Positions 42,029 through 50,728 of a DNA stretch of 64,000 nt are shown here, in pieces. The notes under the pieces were generated by a model. It saw only the letters and a program-made list of their open reading frames with translations. It ran no database searches and had not been told where the DNA came from. Location: the NCBI GenBank assembly GCA_963706595.1, contig OY970166.1:3072001-3136000 (forward strand), given 5' to 3'. Source of the stretch: an uncultured cyanobacterium (lineage in GTDB: Bacteria > Cyanobacteriota > Cyanobacteriia > Cyanobacteriales > Nostocaceae). The position numbers and the translations under genes were made by a program. Within the stretch, counting starts at the first letter, position 1. Each line of letters opens with the position of its first letter.

Positions 42029-42619
42029 ATGGCTTATTCCTGGTTTAAAGCATTTCATCTAATTGGGATTGTAGTTTGGTTTGCGGGGTTATTTTACCTA
42101 GTACGTCTATTTATTTATCATGTAGAAGCGAACCAAGAACCAGAACCAGCAAAAACGATACTGAAAAATCAGTATCAGATTATGGAAAAGCGCCTTTACC
42201 ATATCATTACTACTCCAGGAATGTTGCTAACAGTAGCAATGGCTATAGGTTTATTAAGCACTGAACCGGAAGTTTTAAAACAGGGCTGGTTGCATATTAA
42301 ACTGCTATTTGTTGCCCTTTTACTCGGTTATCATCATTACTGTAAGCGTTTGATGAAGCAGTTAGCCGCAGATGAATGTCGCTGGAGTGGTCAGCAGTTG
42401 CGGGCGTTAAATGAAGCACCTACAGTGATGTTACTGGTGATTGTGTTACTGGCTGTGTTTAAGAATAATCTACCAACAGATATTACAGTGTGGGGCATTT
42501 TTGGCTTGATAATTTTGATGGCGGTGACTATTCAGCTTTACGCCAAAAAACGCCGCCGCGACAAAGAAAAGCTGATGGAAGAAGGACAAATAAGACAAGT
42601 TCCTCAAGAACAAAGTTAG
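42029..42619 (+). CDS. hemJ: Protoporphyrinogen IX oxidase HemJ
   Basis: WFKAFH, WFAGLFYLVRLFIYH, MEKRL, RALNEAPT. Confidence 0.93.
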   Translation: MAYSWFKAFHLIGIVVWFAGLFYLVRLFIYHVEANQEPEPAKTILKNQYQIMEKRLYHIITTPGMLLTVAMAIGLLSTEPEVLKQGWLHIKLLFVALLLGYHHYCKRLMKQLAADECRWSGQQLRALNEAPTVMLLVIVLLAVFKNNLPTDITVWGIFGLIILMAVTIQLYAKKRRRDKEKLMEEGQIRQVPQEQS

Positions 42620-42650
42620 TTCAGCAACGCCAGAAGAGGTAAGAGAAACA

Positions 42651-42740
42651 TAGACATCTGGTGAAAATAAAATCTGCTTTTACAACCCTTGTAGAGATGT
42701 TCCATGGAACGTCTCTATATTATTTTTCACCAGATGTCTA
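42651..42740. mobile_element. 90-bp MITE with 17-bp TIRs enclosing a REP-like palindrome
   Basis: TAGACATCTGGTGAAAA ... TTTTCACCAGATGTCTA; inner GTAGAGATGTTCCATGGAACGTCTCTAT. Confidence 0.75.
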
Positions 42741-42802
42741 ATGTAGGGTTTGCTGAAATTTGTCTACATTTGCTTAATCAGCATCTTCCCAGAAAAAATT
42801 AT

Positions 42803-42844
42803 GTAACCAAATTTACTAAATAACAGGTAAAAAATCGTTAGTTT
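42803..42844 (+). promoter_or_regulatory. Class II NtcA-activated promoter of ntcB
   Basis: GTA-ACCAAATT-TAC (42803-42816), 22-nt spacer, TAGTTT (TAN3T) -10 box. Confidence 0.8.
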
Positions 42845-42860
42845 AGTAAAGGCCATAAAT

Positions 42861-42874
42861 GTAATTCAGGCTAC
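42861..42874 (+). promoter_or_regulatory. Second NtcA box just upstream of the ntcB start codon
   Basis: tGTA-ATTCAGGC-TACa ending 6 nt before ATG 42881. Confidence 0.65.
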
Positions 42875-42880
42875 ATCAAA

Positions 42881-43804
42881 ATGCGGCTAGAGCAGTTACA
42901 AGCCTTTCTGGCGATCGCCCAAACCGGCAGTTTCCAACAAGCAGCCCGAAAATGTGGTGTGACTCAATCGACCATTAGTCGGCAAATTCAGTCACTAGAA
43001 GCTGATCTGGGCGTAGAACTATTTCACCGCACCAGTCACGCCAAGCTAACTCTCGGCGGTGAATGTTTGCTACCTCGTGTCCGCAAAATATGCCAAGAGT
43101 GGCAAACTGCTACACAAGAATTAACAGATTTAATGGCCGGGAAGCAGCCGGAACTTTGCATTGCGGCGATTCATTCGCTGTGCGCTTCTTACTTACCACC
43201 AGTGTTACAGAAATTTTGTCATGAATATCCCGAAGTCCAATTGCGGGTAACATCATTGGGAAGCGATCGCTCCTTAAAAGTCCTCAAAGATGGTTTAGTA
43301 GATTTAGCAATTGTGATGAATAATCGCTTCTTAACCACTGGTAGAGAAATGGTAGTAGAAGCCCTATTTGAAGAACCGATAGAAGTCCTGACAGCAGCCC
43401 ATCATCCCCTAGCCCAATATGAAAGTATACCTTGGTCAGAATTAGTCCAATATCCCCAAGTAGTTTTCAAAGACGGTTATGGAATGCAACGGCTAGTACA
43501 AGATAAATTTGAACGCCTGGAAGCTAAACTACAAGCAGCTTTAGAAGTAAATACTTTAGATGCTTTCCGGGGAGTCGTCCGCCAAGGGGAATTAGTGGCT
43601 TTGTTACCTTATTCAGCCCTGATGGAAGCCCGGAAAGATTCTACACTAGCAGTGCGTCCCTTAGCTGATAATTCTGGTTTCACGCGTCAGGTAGTGATGG
43701 TAACAACTCAAGACCGCCTCCAAATCCCGCCTATCCAGAACTTTTGGCGACTGGTGCTAGAACATATTCCACAGCAATTTCAGCAGCAGCGATCGGCTTG
43801 CTAA
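42881..43804 (+). CDS. ntcB: LysR-family nitrate assimilation regulator NtcB
   Basis: MRLEQLQAFLAIA.TGSFQ.AA..CGVTQSTISRQI HTH; NtcA promoter; followed by a cnaT-like gene. Confidence 0.85.
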   Translation: MRLEQLQAFLAIAQTGSFQQAARKCGVTQSTISRQIQSLEADLGVELFHRTSHAKLTLGGECLLPRVRKICQEWQTATQELTDLMAGKQPELCIAAIHSLCASYLPPVLQKFCHEYPEVQLRVTSLGSDRSLKVLKDGLVDLAIVMNNRFLTTGREMVVEALFEEPIEVLTAAHHPLAQYESIPWSELVQYPQVVFKDGYGMQRLVQDKFERLEAKLQAALEVNTLDAFRGVVRQGELVALLPYSALMEARKDSTLAVRPLADNSGFTRQVVMVTTQDRLQIPPIQNFWRLVLEHIPQQFQQQRSAC

Positions 43805-43819
43805 AGCTATGATTAGTCA

Positions 43820-43918
43820 AAACTTGACCGGACGAGGAGCGACTGTCAGACTACCCCGGTAGCTAGTTGCAGTGAGTCGTCAAGAATCACCGACGTTCTA
43901 CGTCGGTGAGTATGTCAA
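43820..43918 (+). ncRNA. Orphan TnpB omega-RNA-like scaffold / IS200-IS605 right-end remnant
   Basis: Nested stems CTTGAC/GTCAAG, GCGACTG/TAGTTGC and CTAC-CCCG-GTAG, then hairpin TCACCGACGT/ACGTCGGTGA and terminal GTCAA. Confidence 0.6.
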
Positions 43919-43930
43919 CAATACTTCGTG

Positions 43931-44077
43931 CTGACTTTTCACGGGATCTGGAAAACCTCGCTTCCATTCCTCTCCCCTTGCAGGGGAGAGGCTTTGAATT
44001 TTCCCCCTTCCCTGGTAGGGAAGGGGGCTAGGGGGTTAGGTTTCGCTTTGGTTTTTGCACATAACGTGAAAAGTGAG
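43931..44077. mobile_element. 147-bp MITE (Nezha-like) with a perfect 10-bp target-site duplication
   Basis: TIRs CTGACTTTTCACG / CGTGAAAAGTGAG; TSD ATACTTCGTG at 43921-43930 and 44078-44087. Confidence 0.9.
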
Positions 44078-44105
44078 ATACTTCGTGAGATTTATCTGTG
44101 GAATC

Positions 44106-44134
44106 AATCCAAAATCCAAAATCCAAAATCCAAA
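44106..44134. repeat. STRR heptamer array (AATCCAA)n
   Basis: About 4 tandem units. Confidence 0.8.
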
Positions 44135-44139
44135 ATTGA

Positions 44140-45180
44140 ATGAGTAATGTATTTAGGGAACTACTAAAAAAAGTAGGTAGCGGAAACCACACAAACGAGA
44201 ATTTAACTCGTGCTGAAGCAGCCACCGCGACTAAAATGATGCTACTTGGTGAAGCCACACCAGCACAAATAGGCGCATTTTTAATCGCCCACCGCATCAG
44301 AAGACCTACAGGGGAAGAGTTAGCGGGGATGTTAGATGCTTATGAGGAATTGGGTCCAAAACTGCAACCAATCGCCTCTGCACGCCCGGCGATGGTGTTG
44401 GGAATACCTTATGATGGCAGAACCCGCACAGCACCCATTAGCCCAGTTACAGCTTTAATACTCGCCGCCGCCGGACAACCAGTAATCATGCACGGAGGCG
44501 ATCGCCTACCCACCAAATATGGTTTACCATTAATAGAGATTTGGCAAGGCTTAGGTGTGGATTGGACTGCTTTACCACTAGCACAAACCCAGCAGGTATT
44601 TGAACAAACAAATATCGGCTTCGTTTATACACCTGTGCATTTTCCCTTAACTAACGCCATCTGGGAATATCGCGACCAACTCGGTAAGCGTCCTCCTTTA
44701 GCGACAATGGAATTAATTTGGTGTCCATACTCTGGGGACGCTCATATTGTGGCTGGTTTTGTCCATCCGCCCACAGAAGCCATGTTTCGCGTCGCTTTGG
44801 AACTGCGAAAAGTCTACAAATACACCTTAGTTAAGGGATTAGAAGGTAGTTGCGATTTACCACGCGATCGCACTGCAATTATCGCTTTGTCTAAAACACC
44901 CCAAGAAATTGAAAGACTGCTGCTCTCGCCCCACGATTATGGCATTACGAGCAAAAATGTCCCGCTAGGAAGTACCGCAGAATTGCTGACTCAAATCCAG
45001 GAAGTTTTAGCCGGTCAACCTGGGGAACTCATGCAAACAGCCTTATGGAATGGTGGTTTTTACCTTTGGCGCAGTGGTATTTGTTTCGATATGCCATCAG
45101 GTTTAAGTAAAGCAGCCGAATTACTCAATAATGGGGCGGTAGCTGCCAAACTTCAAGAACTTAGAAATTATGTAATATAG
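44140..45180 (+). CDS. cnaT: Anthranilate phosphoribosyltransferase-like protein CnaT
   Basis: TrpD-like (AQIGAFLIAHRI, PYDGRTRT, MHGG...PTKYG); lies downstream of ntcB as in Anabaena. Confidence 0.8.
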   Translation: MSNVFRELLKKVGSGNHTNENLTRAEAATATKMMLLGEATPAQIGAFLIAHRIRRPTGEELAGMLDAYEELGPKLQPIASARPAMVLGIPYDGRTRTAPISPVTALILAAAGQPVIMHGGDRLPTKYGLPLIEIWQGLGVDWTALPLAQTQQVFEQTNIGFVYTPVHFPLTNAIWEYRDQLGKRPPLATMELIWCPYSGDAHIVAGFVHPPTEAMFRVALELRKVYKYTLVKGLEGSCDLPRDRTAIIALSKTPQEIERLLLSPHDYGITSKNVPLGSTAELLTQIQEVLAGQPGELMQTALWNGGFYLWRSGICFDMPSGLSKAAELLNNGAVAAKLQELRNYVI

Positions 45181-45417
45181 TCATCCGCTTTGATTTTTAA
45201 TAGCGTGGGTGGGGAGTGGGGAGTGGGTAAAGAGAAAAAGCCTTTTGAGTTGTAGTTGTACTGCATAAATTCAGAAATCAAATAGGAGTCCTATAGCAGT
45301 CCTAAATCATTTCTGAACCTCTTGACTTCTTCACTTGGCGACCTTGGCGGCTTGGCGGTATGCGCTTCGCGCACGCTACGCGAACGATAAATTCATAAAT
45401 CAAATAGGATGGCTATA
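45176..45417. mobile_element. Two adjacent TATAG-ended MITE-like elements
   Basis: TATAGTCATCC...AAATCAAATAGGAGTCCTATA and TATAGCAGTCCTAAATCATTT...AAATCAAATAGGATGGCTATA; a related inverted copy starts near 48414. Confidence 0.7.
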
Positions 45418-45480
45418 TATTAAGATAGTGTGAGGTGTAAAACTGGATCTCAAGTAACTATTTGAAAGTATTAATTCATC

Positions 45481-46269
45481 ATGAGCGAAATAAAAGTACG
45501 GCGATTAGACTTTGATTTTCCTCAACATATTCAAAAATACTGGTTTAATCAAAGTGTTTTCAAGACACACTTATTTAATAGCTTGACAATTGGTGTTTAT
45601 GATGTTGAAAAATATCTCATCCAGAGCGTTAATAGAAGAATAGATTGCATTGACAATCCCCAACTAAGGCAAAATGCTCAAGCATTTATAGGTCAAGAAG
45701 CACAACACTCACTGCAACATCATAAATTTTGGGATAATTTACGCTCTTCAGGCTATAAATTCGATACTTATCTCATTTTTCTGCGGGCAATTTTTTTGCA
45801 AATTTTAGCCCAAACCATGAGTCCTAATTTTAACTTGGCTGTGAGCGTGGGAATTGAACATTTAACTACTTTATTGGCTGAATTTGCTTTAGAAAGTCAT
45901 TTTTTTGCCACAGCCGAACCCGCCTTAAAGCAACTTTTTGAATGGCACGCAGTAGAAGAACTGGAACACAAAGCAGTAGTATTTGATGTATTGCAAAGTA
46001 TAACTAATAATTATTTATTGCGTTTATTAGGTATGTTTATTGGACATATTTTAATTTTCTGGTTTTTAAATTTAGGTATGGTTATATTTTTATATCAAGA
46101 CAAAAAACTTTTGGATAAAAAAGTTTGGCAGGAATGGCTGGAGTTTTGGATTACTAAAGATAAATTCTTGTATAAAGTATTATTAAATGCCAGAGATTTT
46201 TGCAGAACAGATTTTCATCCTGCACAAAAGGATCATCTATTTTTGATTCAGAGTGTGAGAAATAATTAA
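45481..46269 (+). CDS. Predicted metal-dependent hydrolase (ferritin-like diiron)
   Basis: FIGQEAQHS.QH, EHLT, WHAVEELEHK.V.FDV. Confidence 0.8.
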   Translation: MSEIKVRRLDFDFPQHIQKYWFNQSVFKTHLFNSLTIGVYDVEKYLIQSVNRRIDCIDNPQLRQNAQAFIGQEAQHSLQHHKFWDNLRSSGYKFDTYLIFLRAIFLQILAQTMSPNFNLAVSVGIEHLTTLLAEFALESHFFATAEPALKQLFEWHAVEELEHKAVVFDVLQSITNNYLLRLLGMFIGHILIFWFLNLGMVIFLYQDKKLLDKKVWQEWLEFWITKDKFLYKVLLNARDFCRTDFHPAQKDHLFLIQSVRNN

Positions 46270-46334
46270 TACTTTGCGAAAAATTGTAGTTTTTTAAACG
46301 CAAAGTCAGATAGAAGTTTACCAAATTGAATTGG

Positions 46335-47234
46335 CTACCCAACCGATAATACTAAACCTTCAGAGGCTAGTAATGCTTGGGGAAAGACAGCTTGAACTTC
46401 TAGTTGTACTTTGTCAAGAAAATCATCTTTATCATCAGGATGGTGCTGAGAGATAATTAACTGTTTCACACCTGCAATTTTTGCCAACTCTACAGCAGTT
46501 TTCCAGTGGACATCAGTGGCTTCATGGTTGTAAGCTGTGGGAGGATTGTAGGTAGCATTGGCAATGAGTAAATCAGCATCTTGAATAATCTGCAAAATGC
46601 GATCGCGTTCGACTTGATCAAGATTTTCGTGTAAATCCGTAACGTAAGCAACACTACATTCTTGGTGAGTGACGCGATAGCCCACAGACTTCTGACTTTG
46701 ATGAATCAATGCCGTGGTAATGGTGACATCATCTAACTTCACCTCGCTTCCCGGAGTCAGATGGTTGAATTGTAATTGAGATTGCATTGCCTGTAAAGGA
46801 TAAGGAAACAGAGGCTGGAGCATCTGATCACACAGACATTGTTTAATGGAAGCACCATTTGAAGCTGCTATTCCATAAATATGGAAGCAATTTTTGGCGA
46901 CAAATGCCGGGGCAAAAAAGGGAAAGCCTTGAATATGATTGGATTGGGAATTAGTAAAAAATAAATGGGCTTCTAGTGGCTCTTCTCGCTTTTGCCAAGT
47001 TCTCCCCAGTATGCGTAAACCTGTACCACCATCAAAAATCAAGTTTTTGCCTGCTACAGATATTTCTATACAAGCAGTATTACCTCCATAGCGGTGAGTG
47101 CTGCGGCATGGAGTGGGAATCAAACCTCTCACACCCCAAAATTTGACCATAAACTTACCCCCCGAATTACTTGGGGGCATAATTGGCTCTTTTGTTTCGT
47201 AGCTTTGAGAACCTGATAACTCAAAATTTGACAT
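46335..47234 (-). CDS. MBL-fold metallo-hydrolase (metal motif degenerate)
   Basis: FWGVRG.IP.P, YGGNTAC, FDGGTG; HxHxDH appears as TNSQSNH. Confidence 0.8.
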   Translation of the reverse strand: MSNFELSGSQSYETKEPIMPPSNSGGKFMVKFWGVRGLIPTPCRSTHRYGGNTACIEISVAGKNLIFDGGTGLRILGRTWQKREEPLEAHLFFTNSQSNHIQGFPFFAPAFVAKNCFHIYGIAASNGASIKQCLCDQMLQPLFPYPLQAMQSQLQFNHLTPGSEVKLDDVTITTALIHQSQKSVGYRVTHQECSVAYVTDLHENLDQVERDRILQIIQDADLLIANATYNPPTAYNHEATDVHWKTAVELAKIAGVKQLIISQHHPDDKDDFLDKVQLEVQAVFPQALLASEGLVLSVG

Positions 47235-47246
47235 TTTTCTTGACAA

Positions 47247-47630
47247 TTAGACCTTACTAAGCAGGTCATCGTAGTGCCGCACTTCCAATAGTCGGTTTTT
47301 TTCGTCCACAATGACGACGGTAGGAGAGTAATGTTTTAACTCTTCAAGAGTAAACTGCCCATAAGCCATTATAATCAAGCGATCGCCTGTAATGCCCAGA
47401 CGAGCAGCCGCCCCATTTAGCTCAATTATGCCCGAATTAGCAACCGCAGGGATTGCATAAGTAATAAAACGCTCACCATTAGCATTATTAACTACTTGAA
47501 CTTGCTCATAAGGTAAGATACCAGCTTTGTCTAATAAAACTTGATCGATGCTGATACTACCCACGTAGTTGATATTTGCCCCCGTGAGGGTGCAGTTATG
47601 AATTTTTGCCAAAAGGACAGTACGCTGCAT
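47247..47630 (-). CDS. panD: Aspartate 1-decarboxylase
   Basis: [29 protein letters not shown]. Confidence 0.95.
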   Translation of the reverse strand: MQRTVLLAKIHNCTLTGANINYVGSISIDQVLLDKAGILPYEQVQVVNNANGERFITYAIPAVANSGIIELNGAAARLGITGDRLIIMAYGQFTLEELKHYSPTVVIVDEKNRLLEVRHYDDLLSKV

Positions 47631-47776
47631 TTTTTTTAGTTTTATAGCATTTTTTGCAAATATCAACCAGCGAAAGCTGCTTGTGTCTCTACAAAGGTAA
47701 TTGAAAGTTAGAGTTAGAAGTTAAGAGTTTAAGATAAAAACTCATAACTCACAACTTATAACTCATAACTTTTCTA

Positions 47777-48289
47777 TTATGCTTTAGCCGCCTGGACGAA
47801 TTTATCTACTAAGGCTGCAACTTTGTCAACATCTTGCCAGCCGAGGATTTGTGTGACTTTTTTCTCCAAATTTTTATAGCTGCGGAAAAATTCAGCAATT
47901 TCCTCTAAGCGGTGTGGTGCTACATCTTTGAGTGATCTGACATCAGCGTAGCGCGGATCTTTGTCAGGAACACAAAGAATTTTTTCATCGCGATCGCCAC
48001 CGTCAATCATTTCTAGCATCCCAATGGGGCGACATGGAATCACACAACCAGGAAAAGTCGGTTCATCCATCATCACCATCCCATCCAGAGGATCGCCATC
48101 ATCAGCTAAAGTATTAGGTACAAAGCCGTAGTCATAGGGATATCGTACCGAAGAATAAAGCACTCTGTCTAGGGCGAAGGCTTCCAAATCCTTGTCAAAC
48201 TCGTATTTATTTTTACTCCCGCCAGGGATTTCAATTAAAACATTGAGTATACCGGGTTTTGGTTGGGCAGGAATACGGGATAAGTCCAC
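47777..48289 (-). CDS. ppa: Inorganic pyrophosphatase
   Basis: KNKYE, DRVL, YGF, DGDPLD, DEK. Confidence 0.95.
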   Translation of the reverse strand: MDLSRIPAQPKPGILNVLIEIPGGSKNKYEFDKDLEAFALDRVLYSSVRYPYDYGFVPNTLADDGDPLDGMVMMDEPTFPGCVIPCRPIGMLEMIDGGDRDEKILCVPDKDPRYADVRSLKDVAPHRLEEIAEFFRSYKNLEKKVTQILGWQDVDKVAALVDKFVQAAKA

Positions 48290-48718
48290 AAAAAAATCCT
48301 CTGATAACAGTAAATTCAGGTAGCGCTGAGTTATGGCTACCTCTGTAAAATTTTAAAGCCAAGATGGACTTCTTCCCAAAATATTAATCTGAATAATTGT
48401 TCAGCAACGCAAATATAGGACTCCTATTTGATTTCTGCACAACAGCTTACAACTCAAAATGGCTTTTTCCCACTCCCCAGAAGAAGCAGGGGCGCAGGGC
48501 GCACCGGAGTAAGGGAGAGTCAGAAATTATTTTAAACTTCCGGTTACTTACAGCAGTTTTTATGTATTTGAACCACAATTATTAGACCTAACCCCCAGCC
48601 CCTTCCCTACAAGGGAAGGGGGGTCAATCAAAGCCTCTCTCCTTGCAGGAGAGAGGTTTGGAGAGAGGTCGGTTTGTGGTCTATTTACCTGAAAATAGCT
48701 GTAACAACCATTCTTCTT

Positions 48719-48753
48719 CTCCCCACTCCCCACTCCCCACTCCCCACTCCCCA
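48719..48753. repeat. STRR array (CCCCACT)n
   Basis: About 5 units. Confidence 0.85.
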
Positions 48754-48794
48754 CCTACGCAAATAAGTTCCAAAATCAAAGCAGATTACCACAA

Positions 48795-48828
48795 TAAAAA
48801 GCGTTGTGAGAACTCCCCGCAACGCTTT
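48795..48828 (-). terminator. Intrinsic terminator-like hairpin
   Basis: On the minus strand AAAGCGTTG...CAACGCTTT followed by a T run, downstream of the 61-aa ORF. Confidence 0.55.
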
Positions 48829-49013
48829 CGACAATTCAGACATCTATCTCTGGTGAGAAACAAAAAAACTTCAACTACACATATCTCAATCAGTCAGAAG
48901 ACAATACAGATTCAGATCATGCCGGGTTAACTACATCTCCAAAATATCAAATCACAAGGGGTTTTCTCCTTCTGCGAGCGAACTGGCTGTGAAATGCTAC
49001 TTGCACCTGTTGT

Positions 49014-49199
49014 TTAGTTTCCACGAATTGGCATTGTATAGGTTTTGGGTTGCGGGTTATTTGAAACATCCGTCGAATAGTGGGCAATGACAAACACAGG
49101 TAGTGTTAGAGTCACTAGAGCGATCGCCGTTCCCACAATGTCTGCCAAACGATGGGAATATGTATCGGTAGGGCTGGCAGACTGGCTATTTGCGTCCAT
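49014..49199 (-). CDS. Small single-TM hypothetical protein
   Basis: 61 aa; ADIVGTAIALVTLTLPVFVIAHYS TM helix. Confidence 0.7.
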   Translation of the reverse strand: MDANSQSASPTDTYSHRLADIVGTAIALVTLTLPVFVIAHYSTDVSNNPQPKTYTMPIRGN

Positions 49200-49965
49200 A
49201 CAAATTTGAAATTCGTCACTTTTCTAGTAGGTTTACTCTCAATAAAGAGAGTGTTGATGCTATTCTAACTATTTTTTCCGTGTCAACTATATAGCAGCCA
49301 AAAAGTTCACCCAGTTTAGCAATTTTCACAAGAGCAAATTAATAACTGTTGTTTTTGATACAAAAGTACCAAAAAATATCAACATCTAGACTTGGCGAAT
49401 AATTAGTTACACTCTCACGCTATACTTTACGCTTAACGGGTTAAGAATAGGTTAAACATTAGCTAAATAAATCACATTTTTATTTGAGCATATATATAAT
49501 TATTCATCCCAATTAGTTAAACCTGCTACTACGAAAACATCTGTAAATAGCTTCAGAGAATAGATTGAGGCTGTTATGGGGTTAAAAACATAGTCAACAA
49601 TCGAGTCAAGTTGTCTCAATGTAAATTGATTTTTTAAACAATATAGTTGCAGTAGTATTTTAGGTATCGTCAACCCAGGAATTCTATGTAAATCCAACTA
49701 TAGGAAACATGAGTATCACTGAAAAAGCACAGCAATAATAGGCATATTGGACTATATTAGTGATGCGATCGCACTGAAAAAATCTTTCCGCTTCATCAAA
49801 GCCCAACCTGGGTAATACTACCTCATTTTTGTCAATCTACATATAGATAGATACCAAATCGAGCCTGTCATCCCATTCCTTAGCGAGACTAAGCCGAATT
49901 CCTTTCTTTCTTTGGGTACTTTGTGTCCTTTGCGGTTGGTTAATCCAAAATGGGGATGAAATTAA

Positions 49966-50070
49966 TATAGCGGTATGCACTTGAATGAAATACATCATAG
50001 CCCCCTCCTTGCTTGCGGGGAGGGGGTTGGGGGTGGGGTTCTTGTATCTCACTCAACCGAGAACCGCTAC
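49966..50070. mobile_element. MITE-like element truncating the upstream small ORF
   Basis: Ends TATAGCGGTATGCACTTGA ... TCAACCGAGAACCGCTAC; contains the dispersed CCCCACCCCCAACCCCCTCCCCGCAAGC repeat. Confidence 0.7.
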
Positions 50071-50229
50071 TTCTAAATCTTGGATTTGTTTCTCTGTATC
50101 TGGAGAAGCTACAGGTTGAGTGATAACAGGTGTGTTTTGATTCTCACCTAGAAACACAAACGAGAAAATCAGATAAATAGCTAATACCAGAATTATACCA
50201 AAAGCGAGATAATTCAATTGTTCTAACAT
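50053..50229 (-). pseudogene. N-terminal fragment of a membrane-anchored protein, truncated by a MITE
   Basis: TM helix; final VAVLG* is encoded by the MITE end; TPR-like remnant YYPGWALMKRKDFFSAIASL near 49820-49755. Confidence 0.5.
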
Positions 50230-50230
50230 A

Positions 50231-50728
50231 TTATTGCGTTGATTTTTCAAACAAAAAGGGTTTAACAGATACAATCATTCGTTCTAACTCAGTTTTATTA
50301 TGTATGAGAAGGCGATGTCCCCATAATTCATTCTTGTTTTCAGCGCAGTCTGTCGCCAGAGATTCTCCAATAGCCTCAAAACTCTTTTGAATATTTCTCT
50401 TTAAACTCTCTGGGTTAGATTGTACTCCTAAAACAAACACTCTATTTTTTATATCTTCGGGAATATGGCTTTCTACATAAATTAATCTATCTTCACACTG
50501 ATCAAAGTCCAACAGTAACACCATCATACTTTGTGGATATTGTCGCATTTTACGGACATGATCATTCATCAACTTATCTACAACTTTTTTCCACCCATTA
50601 GCAATTGGTAGAATTTGAATAGCACGAGCGTTCACGTTTAAATCTTGAATAAATCCGTTGGCAATCTGGCGATTAGCATCATCTTCAGGTAAGATAAAAA
50701 GGTGCGGTTTATTCTTGTTAATGCTCAT
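50231..50728 (-). CDS. TOPRIM-like small protein
   Basis: HLFILPEDD (conserved E) and LLLDFD (DxD), ..NPESL; ATGA overlap with the ATPase stop. Confidence 0.65.
   Translation of the reverse strand: MSINKNKPHLFILPEDDANRQIANGFIQDLNVNARAIQILPIANGWKKVVDKLMNDHVRKMRQYPQSMMVLLLDFDQCEDRLIYVESHIPEDIKNRVFVLGVQSNPESLKRNIQKSFEAIGESLATDCAENKNELWGHRLLIHNKTELERMIVSVKPFLFEKSTQ

Noticed and set aside
43928..44143. 71-aa ORF between ntcB and cnaT
   Set aside because: Composed of MITE and STRR sequence
49500..50052. Short ORFs 49500-49697 and 49837-50052
   Set aside because: No recognisable motifs; the second derives from repeat elements
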